Assembly (NCBI GenBank): GCA_963663965.2
Contig: CAXXFK010000030.1
Coordinates: 160,001 to 224,000 of the forward strand
DNA from: Sedimentisphaerales bacterium
GTDB taxonomy: Bacteria; Planctomycetota; Phycisphaerae; Sedimentisphaerales; SM23-30
Reading direction: 5' to 3'
Length of the DNA stretch: 64,000 nucleotides
In this document: positions 62,529 through 64,000 of the stretch, in pieces
Layout: each line of letters starts with the position of its first letter
Position numbering within the stretch: the first letter of the stretch is position 1
Notes under the pieces: generated by a model
Told to the model about the DNA's origin: nothing
What the model saw: only the letters and a program-made list of their open reading frames with translations
Databases searched by the model: none
Translations under genes and position numbers: made by a program

Positions 62529-63971
62529 ATGCGCTTAAAAGATGTATTAGTGGCGTGTTGTATTTTGGTGGCGCTATTATTGAACAATTCAAATGGGGAT
62601 AGTTGGGCTCCCCCAATGACACGATTGGGTCATTCTGATTCGGGTCAGATTAGCGTTCTGATTATACCTGCGACCAGTGATTGTCCTTGCCGGTTGATGG
62701 TTTATCGCGAAAATAATCCTGATATTCAGGCAATCAGGGACGCCTTATGGGGTACTAAAGCGGGTTGGGAGAAATATTTAAATCCAGAAATTGAAAAGTG
62801 GCAACAGTCGTCAGAACGAAAGTTGCTTTGGCAGGCAGAATTGGATAAATGCGTCGCCCCCAATTATATTGATGTAAGTGAAGATGGTAAATATATTGTT
62901 AAACTCGATAATTGGTATTCTATAGGTCATGGTGACAATGTGGTGGCTTTTTATAATGAGGAAGGTTTAATTAAGAAATATTCATTGGAAGAAGTTGTTC
63001 CCTTAGATTCAGAGAGAGTGAAAAGACTTATTCGTAATTCTCAAACGAAAATTCAAATTGCATTTGATGAGGAAAACGAATTTTTCTTCAAGGAAGCCAA
63101 AGACTATTCAAGCCTGAGTAATATTAATCCATATGAAGGATTGTTTGACCATACAACATCTTCACGACATTGGAGAAAGAATGGCGTTGAAGTAATGCTG
63201 CCTTTGAATGGTAAGGTGTTTTTTGGTGTCTGGTTATCCTGGTTATGTGACTGGGTGATCTGGGATATGGCCAACGGAAACATTATACAGGCAACACCGG
63301 AACTCTTGCAGGCGTTGAATTGTCAGGCCCGAAAGCAGGTTCGTAAGAATATGGAATGGGATGAAGTGGGGGCGGCTTGTCATTTTCTGACCTACTTTCG
63401 TGTTGCGGAAGATCGGCAATTTATTCAGGATTTACTTCAGTATAATAAATTCGTGGTCAGCTTTGGAGAAGATTATATCCATAGTTATTCTGAAGAAAGG
63501 CGGTATGCCGATATGGCCTTGTCAATCTGGGATGGCGAACGCCAAAGATTTATCGATACTAATAGCTATAAATGTCGATATTTAGGTGGTTTTGAAGGAG
63601 CCGTTGTATCAGATAGCTTACCCCAATCTAACCTGATATTCTATCTATATCTGGTGCCGGCCGATATTTCAGAGAACCAGTGGACGCAGCAGTCGACTTT
63701 ACATAAAATGATTTTTGATACTACTGACGATAGATTCAAAGACTGTTCAGAAATTCCATTAAAAATGAGCGATATCACACCGGGGCGATATTACATTAAA
63801 TGTATCCTTGATCGAAATAGTCTGAAAAATCCCAATCAATACCGGCTCTATTCCCGGGATTATTTTGGTCAGAAAGGAGATTTAACCAATAGTGAATTGA
63901 CCATTGTTGACATAGTGCCGGGAGAACAGTGTGAAGATGTTCGGATTGTTTGTAATACTCCGATAGAATAA
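62529..63971 (+). CDS. AT-rich secreted hypothetical protein
   Basis: AGGAG RBS, signal peptide, DSWAPP, VSEDGKYIV.LDNW..GHG. Confidence 0.8.
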   Translation: MRLKDVLVACCILVALLLNNSNGDSWAPPMTRLGHSDSGQISVLIIPATSDCPCRLMVYRENNPDIQAIRDALWGTKAGWEKYLNPEIEKWQQSSERKLLWQAELDKCVAPNYIDVSEDGKYIVKLDNWYSIGHGDNVVAFYNEEGLIKKYSLEEVVPLDSERVKRLIRNSQTKIQIAFDEENEFFFKEAKDYSSLSNINPYEGLFDHTTSSRHWRKNGVEVMLPLNGKVFFGVWLSWLCDWVIWDMANGNIIQATPELLQALNCQARKQVRKNMEWDEVGAACHFLTYFRVAEDRQFIQDLLQYNKFVVSFGEDYIHSYSEERRYADMALSIWDGERQRFIDTNSYKCRYLGGFEGAVVSDSLPQSNLIFYLYLVPADISENQWTQQSTLHKMIFDTTDDRFKDCSEIPLKMSDITPGRYYIKCILDRNSLKNPNQYRLYSRDYFGQKGDLTNSELTIVDIVPGEQCEDVRIVCNTPIE

Positions 63972-64000
63972 GAGATTACTGACAATAGGAATTTGAATTT

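Overview
Bacterial chromosome window, most likely a Planctomycete (Phycisphaerae/Sedimentisphaerales-like; inferred from dockerin-like C-termini, PEP-CTERM proteins and gene content). The housekeeping core is mutS, an mnmE-like GTPase, coaX, obgE, rpmA and xerD. Accessory content includes a DarTG toxin-antitoxin pair, RAYT (Y1) transposases with REP-like repeats bracketing AT-rich cassettes, several MITE-like elements and a glycosyltransferase/radical SAM cluster. Three signals stand out. (1) An intact 10 kb, 12-gene phage head-morphogenesis operon (portal, scaffold, SU10/DUF5309-type capsid, then putative neck/tail genes) has no terminase, integrase, replication or lysis genes in the window, making it a candidate domesticated, GTA-like particle system. 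(2) A tandem triplication of PEP-CTERM surface-protein genes carries poly-G tracts of G13/G14/G11, in frame / out of frame / in frame, which suggests phase variation. (3) A ~100-nt candidate sRNA with its own sigma70 promoter and terminator lies upstream of the xerD operon. All product calls come from motif recognition by eye, and no database searches were run.
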